Positions 26,877 to 38,000 of a stretch of 50,215 nt of DNA are shown here, piece by piece. Position 1 is the stretch's first letter. Every line of letters begins with the position of its first letter. Where the stretch lies: positions 1 to 50,215 of the forward strand of contig JAHFLU010000001.1 of the NCBI GenBank assembly GCA_023264615.1. Reading direction: 5' to 3'. The translations under genes and the position numbers were made by a program. This DNA comes from a bacterium. GTDB taxonomy: Bacteria; Patescibacteriota; Minisyncoccia; Phycocordibacterales; VMGT01. The notes under the pieces were generated by a model. It searched no databases, was not told the DNA's origin, and saw only the letters and a list, made by a program, of their open reading frames with translations.

Positions 26877-27578
26877 GTGGCAAACAATAAACCAAGAAAG
26901 GTAGCAATATTCGATATTGATGGAACCATATTCCGCTCAAGTCTTCTCATTGAGATTGTTGAAGAACTTATAACAAATAACATTTTCCCCGTCAGCGCAC
27001 GCGAAGAGTACGAAGAATTACAGGTACGCTGGATCGACCGAAAAGGTGAATATGAACCGTATATCAATGCAATGGTGGAAACATTTCACAAATACATCAA
27101 GGGTGTTCCGTATACACAACTCATCGAAGCAGGCAAACATGTCGTCGAAAAACAGAAAAATCGCGTGTATCGATACACGCGAGATTTAATTGCCGACCTC
27201 AAGAAAAAAGATTATTTTCTTCTCGCGATCTCGCAGTCCCCCAAAGATATTCTCGACAAATTCTGTACACACCTCGGATTTGACAAGGTGTACGGACGTA
27301 TCTATGAGATCGGCCCCACAAATTTGCTCACGGGAAATGTGAACGACCTCCACCTCATTGCGAATAAAGCAAATATCGTCAAACGCGCTGTTGAAAAAGA
27401 AAATCTGACACTTAGGGGGTCCCTCGGCGTCGGAGATACCGAGGGGGACTATGCATTTCTTGAGCTCGTGGATAAACCGATTTGCTTCAATCCAAACATA
27501 ACCCTCTACCGGCATGCAAAGAGAAACAAATGGAAAATTGTCGTCGAGCGGAAGAATGTGATCTACGACATCAAATAA
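26877..27578 (+). CDS. HAD-superfamily hydrolase (HAD-IB / phosphoserine-phosphatase-like)
   Basis: Motif I VAIFDIDGTIF and motif IV GVGDTEGDYAFLE. Confidence 0.8.
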   Translation: MANNKPRKVAIFDIDGTIFRSSLLIEIVEELITNNIFPVSAREEYEELQVRWIDRKGEYEPYINAMVETFHKYIKGVPYTQLIEAGKHVVEKQKNRVYRYTRDLIADLKKKDYFLLAISQSPKDILDKFCTHLGFDKVYGRIYEIGPTNLLTGNVNDLHLIANKANIVKRAVEKENLTLRGSLGVGDTEGDYAFLELVDKPICFNPNITLYRHAKRNKWKIVVERKNVIYDIK

Positions 27579-28530
27579 AGCTCGAGATATTCTCAAATGC
27601 CCGGATGACTGACGTGGGGAGCCAGCTTCCCCAGACCGTTCCATTTTCTTGAAGTAAACTCAGTATAAAAAAACCAGATCCAAGAATAATAACAATAAGT
27701 CCTGTAAGGCCAACGATCATAAATATTTTTGCCCTTTTTTCAATCTTCTGCCGTTCCTCATCCAAAGGAGCAGCCAGACGCATTGCTCTTAATGCCCTAT
27801 AAAGAAACGAGGTGTAGATAATCCCGATCGGCGATACGACAAACACGCTCCATACCGCCTGCAGTGCCGTAACAATCGGAGAAACTTCGAGCATTGGGAC
27901 ACCATCGGCATGTGGTGCCTCTGTCAGTATCCGACTGAAACTTGGACCCACCTGCAGAATAACCAAAATGAGTCCGATCGCCGCAAAGATCCCCCAGAGT
28001 ACAACCATTCGCCAAAAGACGCCCCCCCATTTCCCCTTCACGTAATACCAGCTTTCAACCACCGCAGGCATTCCCTGCTTGTCTTCTGCAAGCATCACAT
28101 ACATAACAAACGTCACCGCCACCGCTGCATAAATTCCTGGAATCAACAGCAGAAAAAATCCGCCCAGAACAACAAGCACCGCATACGCCTGGGTATGCAC
28201 GAGCGGCCAAAACCATTTGAGACTCCTTTTGTAAAGTTCCGTAATGCTTAAAGTAACATCCCATTTCCCAACAATGAGACCCAGAAGTATGATCGTAGAA
28301 AACAGGCTTACAATCACAGACGCGGGCGCTGTAACGAGCGCAAGCGGCGGGACAAATGCACCAATAAGCGACAAAATCAGTGGAACAGAAAGAATATTCG
28401 CAATCATTACAAAATGCTCCTTGTAGTATGCAATTGAGAGTTTAAGAAGAAAAATCGGCCCAGGTAGAGACGGGGTATCCGAAACCGGTAACATCTGTTC
28501 CACGCTGTTTTCTTGAGAAGTATTTTCCAT
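27571..28530 (-). CDS. Hypothetical polytopic membrane protein
   Basis: Six or more predicted TM helices. No recognisable motif. Confidence 0.45.
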   Translation of the reverse strand: MENTSQENSVEQMLPVSDTPSLPGPIFLLKLSIAYYKEHFVMIANILSVPLILSLIGAFVPPLALVTAPASVIVSLFSTIILLGLIVGKWDVTLSITELYKRSLKWFWPLVHTQAYAVLVVLGGFFLLLIPGIYAAVAVTFVMYVMLAEDKQGMPAVVESWYYVKGKWGGVFWRMVVLWGIFAAIGLILVILQVGPSFSRILTEAPHADGVPMLEVSPIVTALQAVWSVFVVSPIGIIYTSFLYRALRAMRLAAPLDEERQKIEKRAKIFMIVGLTGLIVIILGSGFFILSLLQENGTVWGSWLPTSVIRAFENISSFI

Positions 28531-28606
28531 GAAAGTGTGTTATAAAACTATACGTTTAGTATACCACCTTAAACGGCAGACAAAACGCTGCAGTCGAGTT
28601 CCAGAT

Positions 28607-29344
28607 TCACTGCAGTATCCGAACAGTACCAACAATGGCTTTATGATCGCTTATTCCGATTTCTGCGCGCACATCACCGACAGAGTATTTCTCTGAAGTA
28701 AAGAGTCCGTCCACAACATACTGCAAATCCGGAGCACGATGCAGAATCGGGTCAATTGTCGTCGTAATTTCAGATGGAATGTTATCTTTGTATTTTTTAG
28801 CCAACCTATCGAAAATTTCACGTCCTCGCGGAGCGTTGAAATCTCCACACAGAACAACATCGGGAAGTTTTTTAAGTTCTCGCAGCATTGAGGCGAGATT
28901 CTTGCGCTGTACCGCATCGGGCTGTCCTCCTTTGGTCCAGGTAAAGTGCGTCGTTGCGATCGTCCATATTCCTCCGTCTTTTTCTATATCACATGAAAGT
29001 AAAACATGATTATACGTTTTTGGGTCCCTATTGACATAAAATGGAATCCGATTTTTGTATCCGGCATACAACAAAGTCTGGATACGCAAAACTCGGTGTC
29101 TGCTGAAAATAGCAACGCCTTGGACATGAAACGCACCAACAATATAATTGCTCGGTTCAAGCGTCATCGGGGCAAAAACACCCTGCATTGCGAGTTCATA
29201 CTGATACCGTTCCGCATCGCTTGAATTAATTTCCTGCATACACACAATATCCGGCTGCTCATGGAGGAGAAACGGCAACACCTTGTCGTGATGCTTATCT
29301 TTTTCGATATTGACCGAAATTATCTTGCAGGAACTTTCTGACAT
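28607..29344 (-). CDS. Endonuclease/exonuclease/phosphatase (EEP) family protein
   Basis: DIVCMQEINS near the N-terminus, GDFNAP, and C-terminal SDHKAIVGTV. These are the EEP catalytic blocks. Confidence 0.8.
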   Translation of the reverse strand: MSESSCKIISVNIEKDKHHDKVLPFLLHEQPDIVCMQEINSSDAERYQYELAMQGVFAPMTLEPSNYIVGAFHVQGVAIFSRHRVLRIQTLLYAGYKNRIPFYVNRDPKTYNHVLLSCDIEKDGGIWTIATTHFTWTKGGQPDAVQRKNLASMLRELKKLPDVVLCGDFNAPRGREIFDRLAKKYKDNIPSEITTTIDPILHRAPDLQYVVDGLFTSEKYSVGDVRAEIGISDHKAIVGTVRILQ

Positions 29345-29383
29345 TATATTTATTTTACTCTATCAACAGCATGGTCTGTAACA

Positions 29384-30661
29384 TTGACTTACGTACTAAT
29401 TAATGGTATAATGTCGCCAGAAAGTTGGTTCAATCAATTTTTTGAAAGAGGAGACACGATGCCTTTCCGTTTACGTTCACATTTCCTTCGTCTTGCCTGT
29501 CTCATTGTCCTTGCCGCAGTCTGTATTTCGACCCTCATGCGACTCGCAGAAAGCAGGGGTGACCGTGCACTTCAGACTGCACGGCAGCAAATCACCCTTC
29601 CTGTTTTCCCGAACCCGAATACTGCCTGCCAAGAAAATCTTCAACAGAAGATGTACAACGAGTACGGGCTCGTTGGGTGCCTTGCGGCAGAGCAATATGG
29701 CACGCACGCAGACCTTGTGTTTCAGACATTTTGGGAAACAGAAGAATTCCAAAATGTTATAAAAACACAGGGTCCCACAAAGGTAGTACCTGTCCTGCTC
29801 GCAGCATTACGCAACCAAAATGCATTCCGCCTCATCGAGGTGGAACAGCAGATGCGGGGTGCACTTCATGCAGCGCTCGGAAGCGTTACCAGTGGGGTTA
29901 AGGCAGGCAAAAAGGCCTTCGATCAAGGGGAGAAAGCGAACGAAGTTTTGCTTACAGCAATTCGCGAGCTCATCCAAAAGAGTGCAGACATCCATAAGGC
30001 TGCGCGACCCCTTGAGCCGCAAGAATTTGCGTTTGTGCTGCTGTACGGTATGCACAAAGGTGGAGGAAGTTTTCTCGACCAGTTCCAGATCCAGAGTAGA
30101 GACGAAGTTGAAACCATCTATACCCAACACGCGGTACACCTGCTCTCGTCGCTTTTTACGAGCGGCATTAAAACGGCAGAAACAAAGTACCGCTTTGATC
30201 GGGAGAACTTCAGTTGGGCACGGGATGGCGGAAACGCTGCGCTCGACGTCGCGCTTCTTGCAGGGCCCAGTCTTGGCAGATGGGTTCTAAAGGGCTCTGG
30301 AACGGCAAAAGCAACCAAAGTTGCCCAAGGTGGTAAAATACGTAAAATCGCTAAAGTTGCAGGGGTCAGTCTTGGCATTACAGCCGTAGGCTATGGAGTA
30401 ACACACCCCTTCACATCGCTTTGGGCGATAAATTCGGCAGGTCAAAAACTTGCCGAATATCTGGGAATTCCACTGCCGGGGTTATTTGGTCCGATCCTCG
30501 GTTGGTTCGTCTGTCTTGCTGCCCTTGCTCTTTTGTTCTGGCCAATTGCCGTTCCTCTCTATCTTGTCTATAGATCGGGTGGCATCGTGACCCGATCTAT
30601 CATCTGGGTGGGAGGACTAGTCGCCTCAATCCTACTCTGGCTTTTCCCAAAGACAGAGTAG
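29384..30661 (+). CDS. Hypothetical membrane protein (N-terminal TM, helical ectodomain, C-terminal TM cluster)
   Basis: Long ORF with hydrophobic segments LACLIVLAAVCISTL and FGPILGWFVCLAALALLFWPIAVPLYLV. Start may be at MPFRL, around 29459. Confidence 0.45.
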   Translation: MTYVLINGIMSPESWFNQFFERGDTMPFRLRSHFLRLACLIVLAAVCISTLMRLAESRGDRALQTARQQITLPVFPNPNTACQENLQQKMYNEYGLVGCLAAEQYGTHADLVFQTFWETEEFQNVIKTQGPTKVVPVLLAALRNQNAFRLIEVEQQMRGALHAALGSVTSGVKAGKKAFDQGEKANEVLLTAIRELIQKSADIHKAARPLEPQEFAFVLLYGMHKGGGSFLDQFQIQSRDEVETIYTQHAVHLLSSLFTSGIKTAETKYRFDRENFSWARDGGNAALDVALLAGPSLGRWVLKGSGTAKATKVAQGGKIRKIAKVAGVSLGITAVGYGVTHPFTSLWAINSAGQKLAEYLGIPLPGLFGPILGWFVCLAALALLFWPIAVPLYLVYRSGGIVTRSIIWVGGLVASILLWLFPKTE

Positions 30662-30706
30662 ACAGCAATCCAGCCCGCGAACACATGTTCGCGGGCCGTA
30701 CTCTTT

Positions 30707-31780
30707 TCATGGAACGATTCCAGCATGCGCTGCAAAAGGCAGCTCAAAAGGAAATTCTGTTTTACATATTGAACGTATATCGAGCGCAATACGGACAGCG
30801 CTCGGAACGACCTCGCTCTCACGCCGATACAGTGGCATACCGACATTAGCACCTGCTATCCGTATCGACGGAGCGCGGATATGCTCTGGGATACGCTCCC
30901 AAATCTGCGCGGTAATTTCACTCGCAACAGAGCAAAAACTGGGTGCTTCCTGCACAACAGCAAATCGTCCTGTCTTTTTGACCGATGTCACGATCGTATC
31001 GATGTCGAGCGGCGATATCGTCTGCACATCGATAATCTCAACAGATATATTTTTTGCTGCAACAAGCGCTGCCGCATCAATACATTCATAGAGCATGGAG
31101 CCCCACGTAATGAGTGTAATATCTCTCCCCTCCTCATGCACTCTGCATTTTCCGATTTGAGTCGACGTACCGTCGTCGACAATCGTTCCTCGAACACTCC
31201 GATACAGCACGGATGGCTCAAACACCACAACAGGGTCAGGATCGTTGATCGCTGCAAGCATAAGGCCATACGCATTTTCTGCTGTAGAGAGGATCACCGT
31301 CTTGAGGGCCGGAATGTGCGCGAAAAAAGATTCGTTCGCTTCAGAATGGTGTTCTGGAGCATGGATACGGTTGCCGTAGGGCATCCGTACCACAAGAGGA
31401 CAAGTTAGCGTAGAAAGTGTTCGGGCACGCATACGCGCCATGTGGCTCACGAACTGCTCGAACGCACTGTAGCAGAAACCGCTGAACTGCATTTCCGCTA
31501 CAGACTTAATGCCGCCCATACTCGCACCAATTGCCATTGCAATAATTGCGAGCTCGGAAAGCGGTGTGTCCTTCACCCGGTCGTCACCGAATCTCTCCCA
31601 AAGGCCCTCTGTTACGCGAAAAACGCCGCCGTTTTTTCCGATATCCTCTCCCATGAGTATGACATTTTGATCAAGCTCCATAGCTTTCGCGAGTGCCGCA
31701 GTAATAGCTTTCTGCAGGGTATGTGTACCCTCTCCGCGCATGCGGTGGACAGGAACGTTGATAACACCACCGTCACTCAT
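30707..31780 (-). CDS. 2-oxoacid (pyruvate / acetoin / branched-chain) dehydrogenase E1 component beta subunit
   Basis: ILMGEDIGKNGGVFRVTEGLWERFGDDRVKDTPLSE, characteristic of transketolase-like E1 beta. Start overlaps the E1 alpha stop by 4 bp. Confidence 0.85.
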   Translation of the reverse strand: MSDGGVINVPVHRMRGEGTHTLQKAITAALAKAMELDQNVILMGEDIGKNGGVFRVTEGLWERFGDDRVKDTPLSELAIIAMAIGASMGGIKSVAEMQFSGFCYSAFEQFVSHMARMRARTLSTLTCPLVVRMPYGNRIHAPEHHSEANESFFAHIPALKTVILSTAENAYGLMLAAINDPDPVVVFEPSVLYRSVRGTIVDDGTSTQIGKCRVHEEGRDITLITWGSMLYECIDAAALVAAKNISVEIIDVQTISPLDIDTIVTSVKKTGRFAVVQEAPSFCSVASEITAQIWERIPEHIRAPSIRIAGANVGMPLYRRESEVVPSAVRIALDIRSICKTEFPFELPFAAHAGIVP

Positions 31781-32922
31781 TCTTTTGTCTCCACCTGTAC
31801 AAGTGCCTTTTGGTACGCCAGTGCAAGCTCGCGCTCGCGCTTCAGTGTGTAATGAGGCACCGCCACCTGATGTTCATATACTTGTGCAAGCGTCAAAGGA
31901 TTTCGCAGCACATGATCTTCATAGCGCTTCACGGCTGCTTCAATACGCGCTTCAGCCCATGCGCAATATACAGCTTCTTTTTCGTCGTCCCATATTTTGA
32001 GTCGGTCGAGAAAACGGCGCATACGAAGAAGTGGGTCGATTTCGCGGGCAGCTGCCACTTCTGTATCATCGCGGTATTTCGTAGGATCGTCCGCAGTCGT
32101 ATGCGCGCCAAGCCGATACGTGATCGCTTCAATGACGCTCGGTAAAGATTCATCCACTGCACGTTTGAGAGCTTGATATACTGCATAGTGCACCGCAAGC
32201 ACATCATTCCCATCCACCTGTTCGCAATGAACTCCGGCTGCGATCCCTTTTTGAGCAAAGGTCTGCGCGGCACTCTGCCGTTCACGCGGAACAGAAATAG
32301 CATACTGATTATTCGTAACAATAACGACAAGCGGTACTTTAAGAACACCGGCAAAATTAATGCCTGCGTTGAAATCTCCCGTCGAAGTCGCGCCATCTCC
32401 GCAGATGCAAACAACAGCACGTCTTTCTTTTCGCACCTTCAAGGCAAAGGCGCGTCCTTGCGCAAGTCCAACCTGTGTACCGATCGGAACACTCATTGGG
32501 TGGTCGTCCGGATGACTTTCTGGAGCAAGATTCCCGAGTTCAGACCCGCCCCAATAAAGAAGAATTCTCATGAGCGCGGCTTCTTTGTCTTTGTCAAACC
32601 AGAGCATTGCGGCATTTTGTCGATAGTGCGGCACATGGATATGTGTCGCTCCGATAACTGCTTCGTGATCTGTCATCGCAGAGGCATACCCAACTGCATA
32701 TCCCTCTTCTCCTTCAGTCGATGCATTTGTTCCCGCTCTTCCTTGCCGCTGCAGAGACAATGACTTTGCATCAAAGAGGCGGATCATACGCATATGGCGG
32801 TACATGCAGAGCAGGCGTTCTGTTTTCGTCACATATTCTTCAGGCATGTCCTTATGCGGAATGCCGCTTTTCATCAGAAACTGTGTATACAGTATTTTAA
32901 AACGCGTTACCACTGTTTTCAT
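31777..32922 (-). CDS. 2-oxoacid dehydrogenase E1 component alpha subunit (TPP-binding)
   Basis: TPP motif CICGDGATSTGDFNAGINFAGVLKVPLVVIVTNNQYAIS. GGAGG lies 6 nt upstream of ATG at 32922. No E2 or E3 gene is adjacent. Confidence 0.85.
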   Translation of the reverse strand: MKTVVTRFKILYTQFLMKSGIPHKDMPEEYVTKTERLLCMYRHMRMIRLFDAKSLSLQRQGRAGTNASTEGEEGYAVGYASAMTDHEAVIGATHIHVPHYRQNAAMLWFDKDKEAALMRILLYWGGSELGNLAPESHPDDHPMSVPIGTQVGLAQGRAFALKVRKERRAVVCICGDGATSTGDFNAGINFAGVLKVPLVVIVTNNQYAISVPRERQSAAQTFAQKGIAAGVHCEQVDGNDVLAVHYAVYQALKRAVDESLPSVIEAITYRLGAHTTADDPTKYRDDTEVAAAREIDPLLRMRRFLDRLKIWDDEKEAVYCAWAEARIEAAVKRYEDHVLRNPLTLAQVYEHQVAVPHYTLKRERELALAYQKALVQVETKE

Positions 32923-33133
32923 AGGTAACCTCCACATCTATATGTAATATACTATGTTGTAGAACGAGTATGTCCGATTGCATGGTAAAATACAATTTCA
33001 AGTATGTCAAAAAGCTAGTGTTCAAGCTATTGAACCATTACCGCCATTTTCTTGACATTTTTATAATTTAATGGTACATCTGGGACCAGTTGGGGCGCAT
33101 GATATGCCTCCGTAACAACAGTTCTCCATCAGA

Positions 33134-34957
33134 GTGAGAAACTACATGGACACATTGCTCGGATTGTCTGTTTTTCCTTCACCTATAGAATCGCTCCTAT
33201 CCACAGAACAAGTTGCTTCACCATGGCCACAAAAACTCTTCAGTGAGAGCTCTCTTGGCAAAGAGACATTTCTTCGGCAAACTGCCATCCAATATCTTGA
33301 GAAAATCTATCAAAGCATGCCGAACAATGCGGATATAAAAACAGCCGTTGATGGCACTCTTGTATCAATATCGAATGCGGTGCTGCTCTATGACTCTTTC
33401 TGTACCCTGCTCAATGACCCCATAAACGACCGCCTGATACTCTATCTGCCGTTTGAGCTGCTTCCGGATGCATTGTGGCATAGCACAAGTAGTCTCCTCA
33501 ATTTCACTAAAGAACGATTCGTCGAGGCATACAGAGCAAGCTGGCATCGCTTGCTTTCTGTAGAGGATGTCCGAGCAAACTTCGTCGATGGTGATGTCCC
33601 TGAAATGGAAATCTGCCGGCAGCTGCCACGCGTCGTCAAAGCGACACATCTTTTGCCCGCACTCATAGAGAAAGGTTTGGTGACAAAAGAAACCGCCCTG
33701 CAGCTCGTCACAGACTATCCTTCAAGTGTTCTTGCAGAGAGTATCACTGCTGCGCTTGTATCCATACAAGAGAACGAGTCGTCCAAATATCTGCCTCCGG
33801 ATGTGGTCATGAATTACGAAACACTCGCTCATTTAGATAATGTCTTTTTGCGTCAGATTACTTCCTTTGTTCTCCCGATGGGAATATCTGCCGCACGAAA
33901 ACACTGGCTCTCCCAAAAACACGAGGAGTCTATCGTTCATACGTACGGACAACAAATGGCACGCGGGATCCTTATGGAGATACTCTCGCCAAGAAATCTT
34001 CTAGAGTTTCTGCGCCACACGATGAGCGAAGATATCGCACATCGCACCGTTATTCGCGCCATGCGAATCGCTGTTGAGACTACGGCCCGAAGCGATATTG
34101 AGAAAGCGCGAGAACTTTACCGCTCTCTTACTGACATCGTGCAGTGGAAAACGACACGAAAAGGACTCCGCGATGAACGTGAGAGCATGATCTACCGTTT
34201 CGTATCTCTCAGCGTTATCGAGATAGATCTCCTCTATCGTTATGGCCTAACGCAACCGAGACTTGACGCATCTTTTTCTGATCTACGTGATGCACTTCAG
34301 CCGGACATAGCGAGCATACACAAAAGCATCGAAGACATCATGGCGTCCAAAGAGCTCGCGGCATATCTCTATCCGGTCGTTATTCTATACGGCTCCAGAG
34401 TGAAGGGGTACGGGACATCAACGGCAGACCTTGACATTGCGGTATTTGTACGGCCAGACACTCTAATCGAGGATCGTCCAAAGCTTGAGCAGATGCTGCG
34501 TCAACTTTTTGGAAGAGAAAAAATGGACGGCAAAGCTCTTCAATTCTGGCTCAAGCACGACCATAGTTGCCTCTGCGTTCAGGATTTTCCAAATCCAGAT
34601 ACGTTCCTCGGAGATAGTAGTCTCGTTCACGTTCTTTTTGAAGGCATCTGGTGTGGGCACAGACAAGCCATCGAACAGCTCCATGAAAAACTCCTCTCTC
34701 CGTATCTTTTCGCAACGGACGAGAGGAAAAGAAAGCTCTGGCTTGAAGAGCTTGAGCGCGACACATTGTTGTATCGCCTGGTGCACCGAGGCTATGCTCG
34801 CTTTTACGCGGAGCAAGGAACCTTCGCTTCCCATTATGGACACCTGCTCGATACCCCAGATGCTCCAAGTACGTTTTGGGACTCGGGATATCGTCGGCTT
34901 GCAACAAAGTTGTTCATAAAAAAAGTGTTCTTGCCGCACCTATGGCACTCCTACTAA
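33134..34957 (+). CDS. Large protein of unknown function with a minimal nucleotidyltransferase (Pol-beta superfamily) core motif in its C-terminal third
   Basis: VVILYGSRVKGYGTSTADLDIAVFV fits the hG[GS]x9-13DhDh NTase signature. About 400 aa of uncharacterised helical sequence precede it and about 170 aa follow. Confidence 0.6.
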   Translation: MRNYMDTLLGLSVFPSPIESLLSTEQVASPWPQKLFSESSLGKETFLRQTAIQYLEKIYQSMPNNADIKTAVDGTLVSISNAVLLYDSFCTLLNDPINDRLILYLPFELLPDALWHSTSSLLNFTKERFVEAYRASWHRLLSVEDVRANFVDGDVPEMEICRQLPRVVKATHLLPALIEKGLVTKETALQLVTDYPSSVLAESITAALVSIQENESSKYLPPDVVMNYETLAHLDNVFLRQITSFVLPMGISAARKHWLSQKHEESIVHTYGQQMARGILMEILSPRNLLEFLRHTMSEDIAHRTVIRAMRIAVETTARSDIEKARELYRSLTDIVQWKTTRKGLRDERESMIYRFVSLSVIEIDLLYRYGLTQPRLDASFSDLRDALQPDIASIHKSIEDIMASKELAAYLYPVVILYGSRVKGYGTSTADLDIAVFVRPDTLIEDRPKLEQMLRQLFGREKMDGKALQFWLKHDHSCLCVQDFPNPDTFLGDSSLVHVLFEGIWCGHRQAIEQLHEKLLSPYLFATDERKRKLWLEELERDTLLYRLVHRGYARFYAEQGTFASHYGHLLDTPDAPSTFWDSGYRRLATKLFIKKVFLPHLWHSY

Positions 34958-35025
34958 TACAAAAACAAATATCAGGCAATCCACCATCTGGCGGATTGCC
35001 TGATTTGCTCTTGGCCTATCTTTTT

Positions 35026-38000
35026 TTATATGGATTCATAGGGAAAGCGGCTTCCTCGGTATTGTTTTTCCGCAACGGTAAAATACGACGATAGTTGCTC
35101 TTCGAGATCCTTAAGATCAAGGGAGCGAATTTCTGTATAGTATCCTTTCGTCACCCGCATCATGTACTCACGGAAAAAATATCGATATACTTCATAATCC
35201 TCGTTTTCAGGCACCACTTCAGAACCAAAATCTTTTTTAAGAAACTCTTCCGCAACATCTTCCGGTAATTTGCTTCTCACGCGCTCTATAACACGCTCTG
35301 CGAATTCTTCATCACTAAGCGCACGCGGGTTAAGATCTTGCTCGTGCAAACGGTCACTGAAAAGAGCTGCAACATCTGCAAACCTTCCTGTTCCACGCAC
35401 AAGAAAAAGTTTAAAATCATTGTCAATCGAAGCATTTACTTCAAAAATGGTATAGAGACCTCCGTTGCCAACAACCATGAGCCGATCATCTTTATCGCTT
35501 ACCCTGCGATACAGCGCTTCCATGTACGCGACATGTTGGCGGTAGGGTGATTCAAAACGCTCTCTGCCGGTGAGTTCCCAACCTGCTTTAAAAGGCGTCA
35601 CTATTGATGGAATAGGCGTAATCGCAAATATTTCGTTATGCGGTGTACCCTCGAGAAATGGATTTCCTGGATAAAACGTGTTTCCCCCTGGATTCACCGA
35701 AAAATAATGGGCTTTCTCTTTGTCGGGCAAGTGTTCTGTCTCTGCAAGGTATTGCAGATATTCTTTGCCAAACATCTCTCCAATACCAGACTGCGTCCCC
35801 GGAACACCTACATTTGCGCGGTGCCCATGTGCTGCATGAAAAACTGAACGTGCAAATACATCATTTGCATTTTTCTCGTCAGTCTCCATGCTTCGTGCAC
35901 CGCCTATGATATTGATAAGCGGACGTTTATCACGAGGAATACCTAAACGGTCAACAGCAGATGCTTCAAGATAAAATGGGATCGTCTCGCTCGGATCACC
36001 TGTCTGGTAACTGATTTCGACAACACGCGATCGAGCTCCTGACGAGCATAGCTCCTCGTTCCAGCCATCCTTCGCACAGCGCTCTTCTGCTTCTTTAACA
36101 AATTTTTCTCCGAAATCAACATTTTTTTTCTCAAGATTCGGAACGAATGTTTCGGTAAAATTCCTTTGTGTGCCAATGGTATTGTAGAGAAATTCTGCAT
36201 ATGTTCGATCTGCTTCATCAAATATCGCGATGGTTTTTTGTAATTCTAGTTCCGCACTCGGCACGGGTAGTCGAGCCATCACATCCTCATACCGTTGCGC
36301 AGATAGTGCGTTCCGATATCTGCTCAAAGAATTCTCTCCTTCACTATGAAATTTCGTTACATGATTCAGTAAAAATTGGAGTCCTGATTCAATCTCGCGG
36401 TATATCATTTGATAATCGGGATGTCCCTGCGTATCGTGTGCCACCGCCAAAAGTCGTAATGTAGCAATACAACGCTTGAAGGACATATACGACTGAAGCA
36501 TTCCTTCAAGCTGCGTATATCGGTCGCGGTTAAACACCGGGAGACGATCGTATTCGCGATGCAGGCCATTAATACCGGAAAGATGCTTATCCTCATTGAT
36601 AAGCACACGCGCAGCAACTCCTTTGTACACCGTCTCAACAAACGAATGCTGGTCCCCGCCGCGCACTTTTTTGTACTCACCCCGAAAAGCCAAAAATTCT
36701 TGCTCCGGATCGGACGCTGGAAAATTACGCAGTATCTGACGCACGATTTTTGTAACATTGTAATAGCCCGGGTGATTAAGAACACGCGCGCGGGCAATAT
36801 AACTTTGTTCTGTTCTTTGGAGCAGGTCGTAAGACTTGAAGTTTTCTTTGTGTTCTATCGCAAGCTGTTCATTCGTAATCACCGCTCCGATCGATTCAGC
36901 AACACGCATGAGCGCAGAAATCCCTTCCGATCCATACTGCTCTACTCTCGAGATCAAAACATCCGGCATCAAAAGATTGTTGTTTGCAAGCATTTTGCCA
37001 AACTCCTCCGGACCCTCAAGGACTTCCCGTGCAAAACGCTCTTTTAATTCTTCTGACGTTCCCGTTGTGTTCAGTTTTTGCCCAAATGAGAGCATCTGGT
37101 TTTCTACTATGCGAACACGTCCGCGCAAATCAGTATTCTGCTCTGCAGTACGAAGGGCTGTTTCCTCGTACTCTATATTGCTCATCCAGTCTCCCTCCCG
37201 AAGTGTTTCGAGCATTTCAGGCGATACGAGACCATAGGGAATATGAGAAGAAAAACCGCGAAGCTGGATAAAGAGCCCGTTTGTATCCAGAGTGACATTT
37301 TGTACACCTTTCCGACGCAGTTGCTCTACATTCTTTCCAACAAAAAAATAGTTCAGCATTTTCGCACGTTCGTGACGCGCCATCTCCATCATCCCGCGTG
37401 CATACCCCGCTTCCTCGAGTGCTAAACGGCGACCCCGTACATTTCCCGCTGCTTCATGTAACGCACTCTTCATATCTTTTTCTTCACTACTCTCAATACG
37501 AGCAAGTGACCCGAGAGCGAGGGCAACGCGTGTCCCCCGTATACCGCGAAAACGCCGTTTGTTCATAAGCTCTGCAGGAATTGTGCCCACATTTGAAAGA
37601 AGCAAACGCATGTTTCGGTCAGCACTTTCCTCCGAAAATGCGACGTCGATCATATCAGTCCATCGCACACCCTCTCCCTGAATACCCAGTGTCGCTGCAA
37701 CTTTTTTTGCCTGTTCTTCTTCAAAACGAGAGCGGTCAGTATCTTGATATTTTTCATAAAATTGAAGGCGTTCGTACAATTGCTCCGTTGTCAGTTCACC
37801 GTTCAAGTATTCTGGTGCACTTTCCGCACAAAAACCTGTAAGATCAATTGAATTCCGTTCTGCTGCTTCCTTTGACCAAGAGAGCAGAGAGGAAAGAAAT
37901 TGTGCTTCGGGAGATGCGCCATTAACAGCGACCGTACGTATATCCCGTCCGACGTGTCCATTGAGAAGACGTAAAAGCGCAGCATTTTTTTCCGCGCGCA

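Noticed and set aside
33048-33080. Sigma-70-like promoter (TTGACA ... TATAAT) upstream of the NTase-domain gene
   Set aside because: The TTGACA and TATAAT hexamers are only 4 bp apart. The alternative spacing gives a weak -10 (TACATC). It is an AT-rich promoter-like region, but the call is not supportable.
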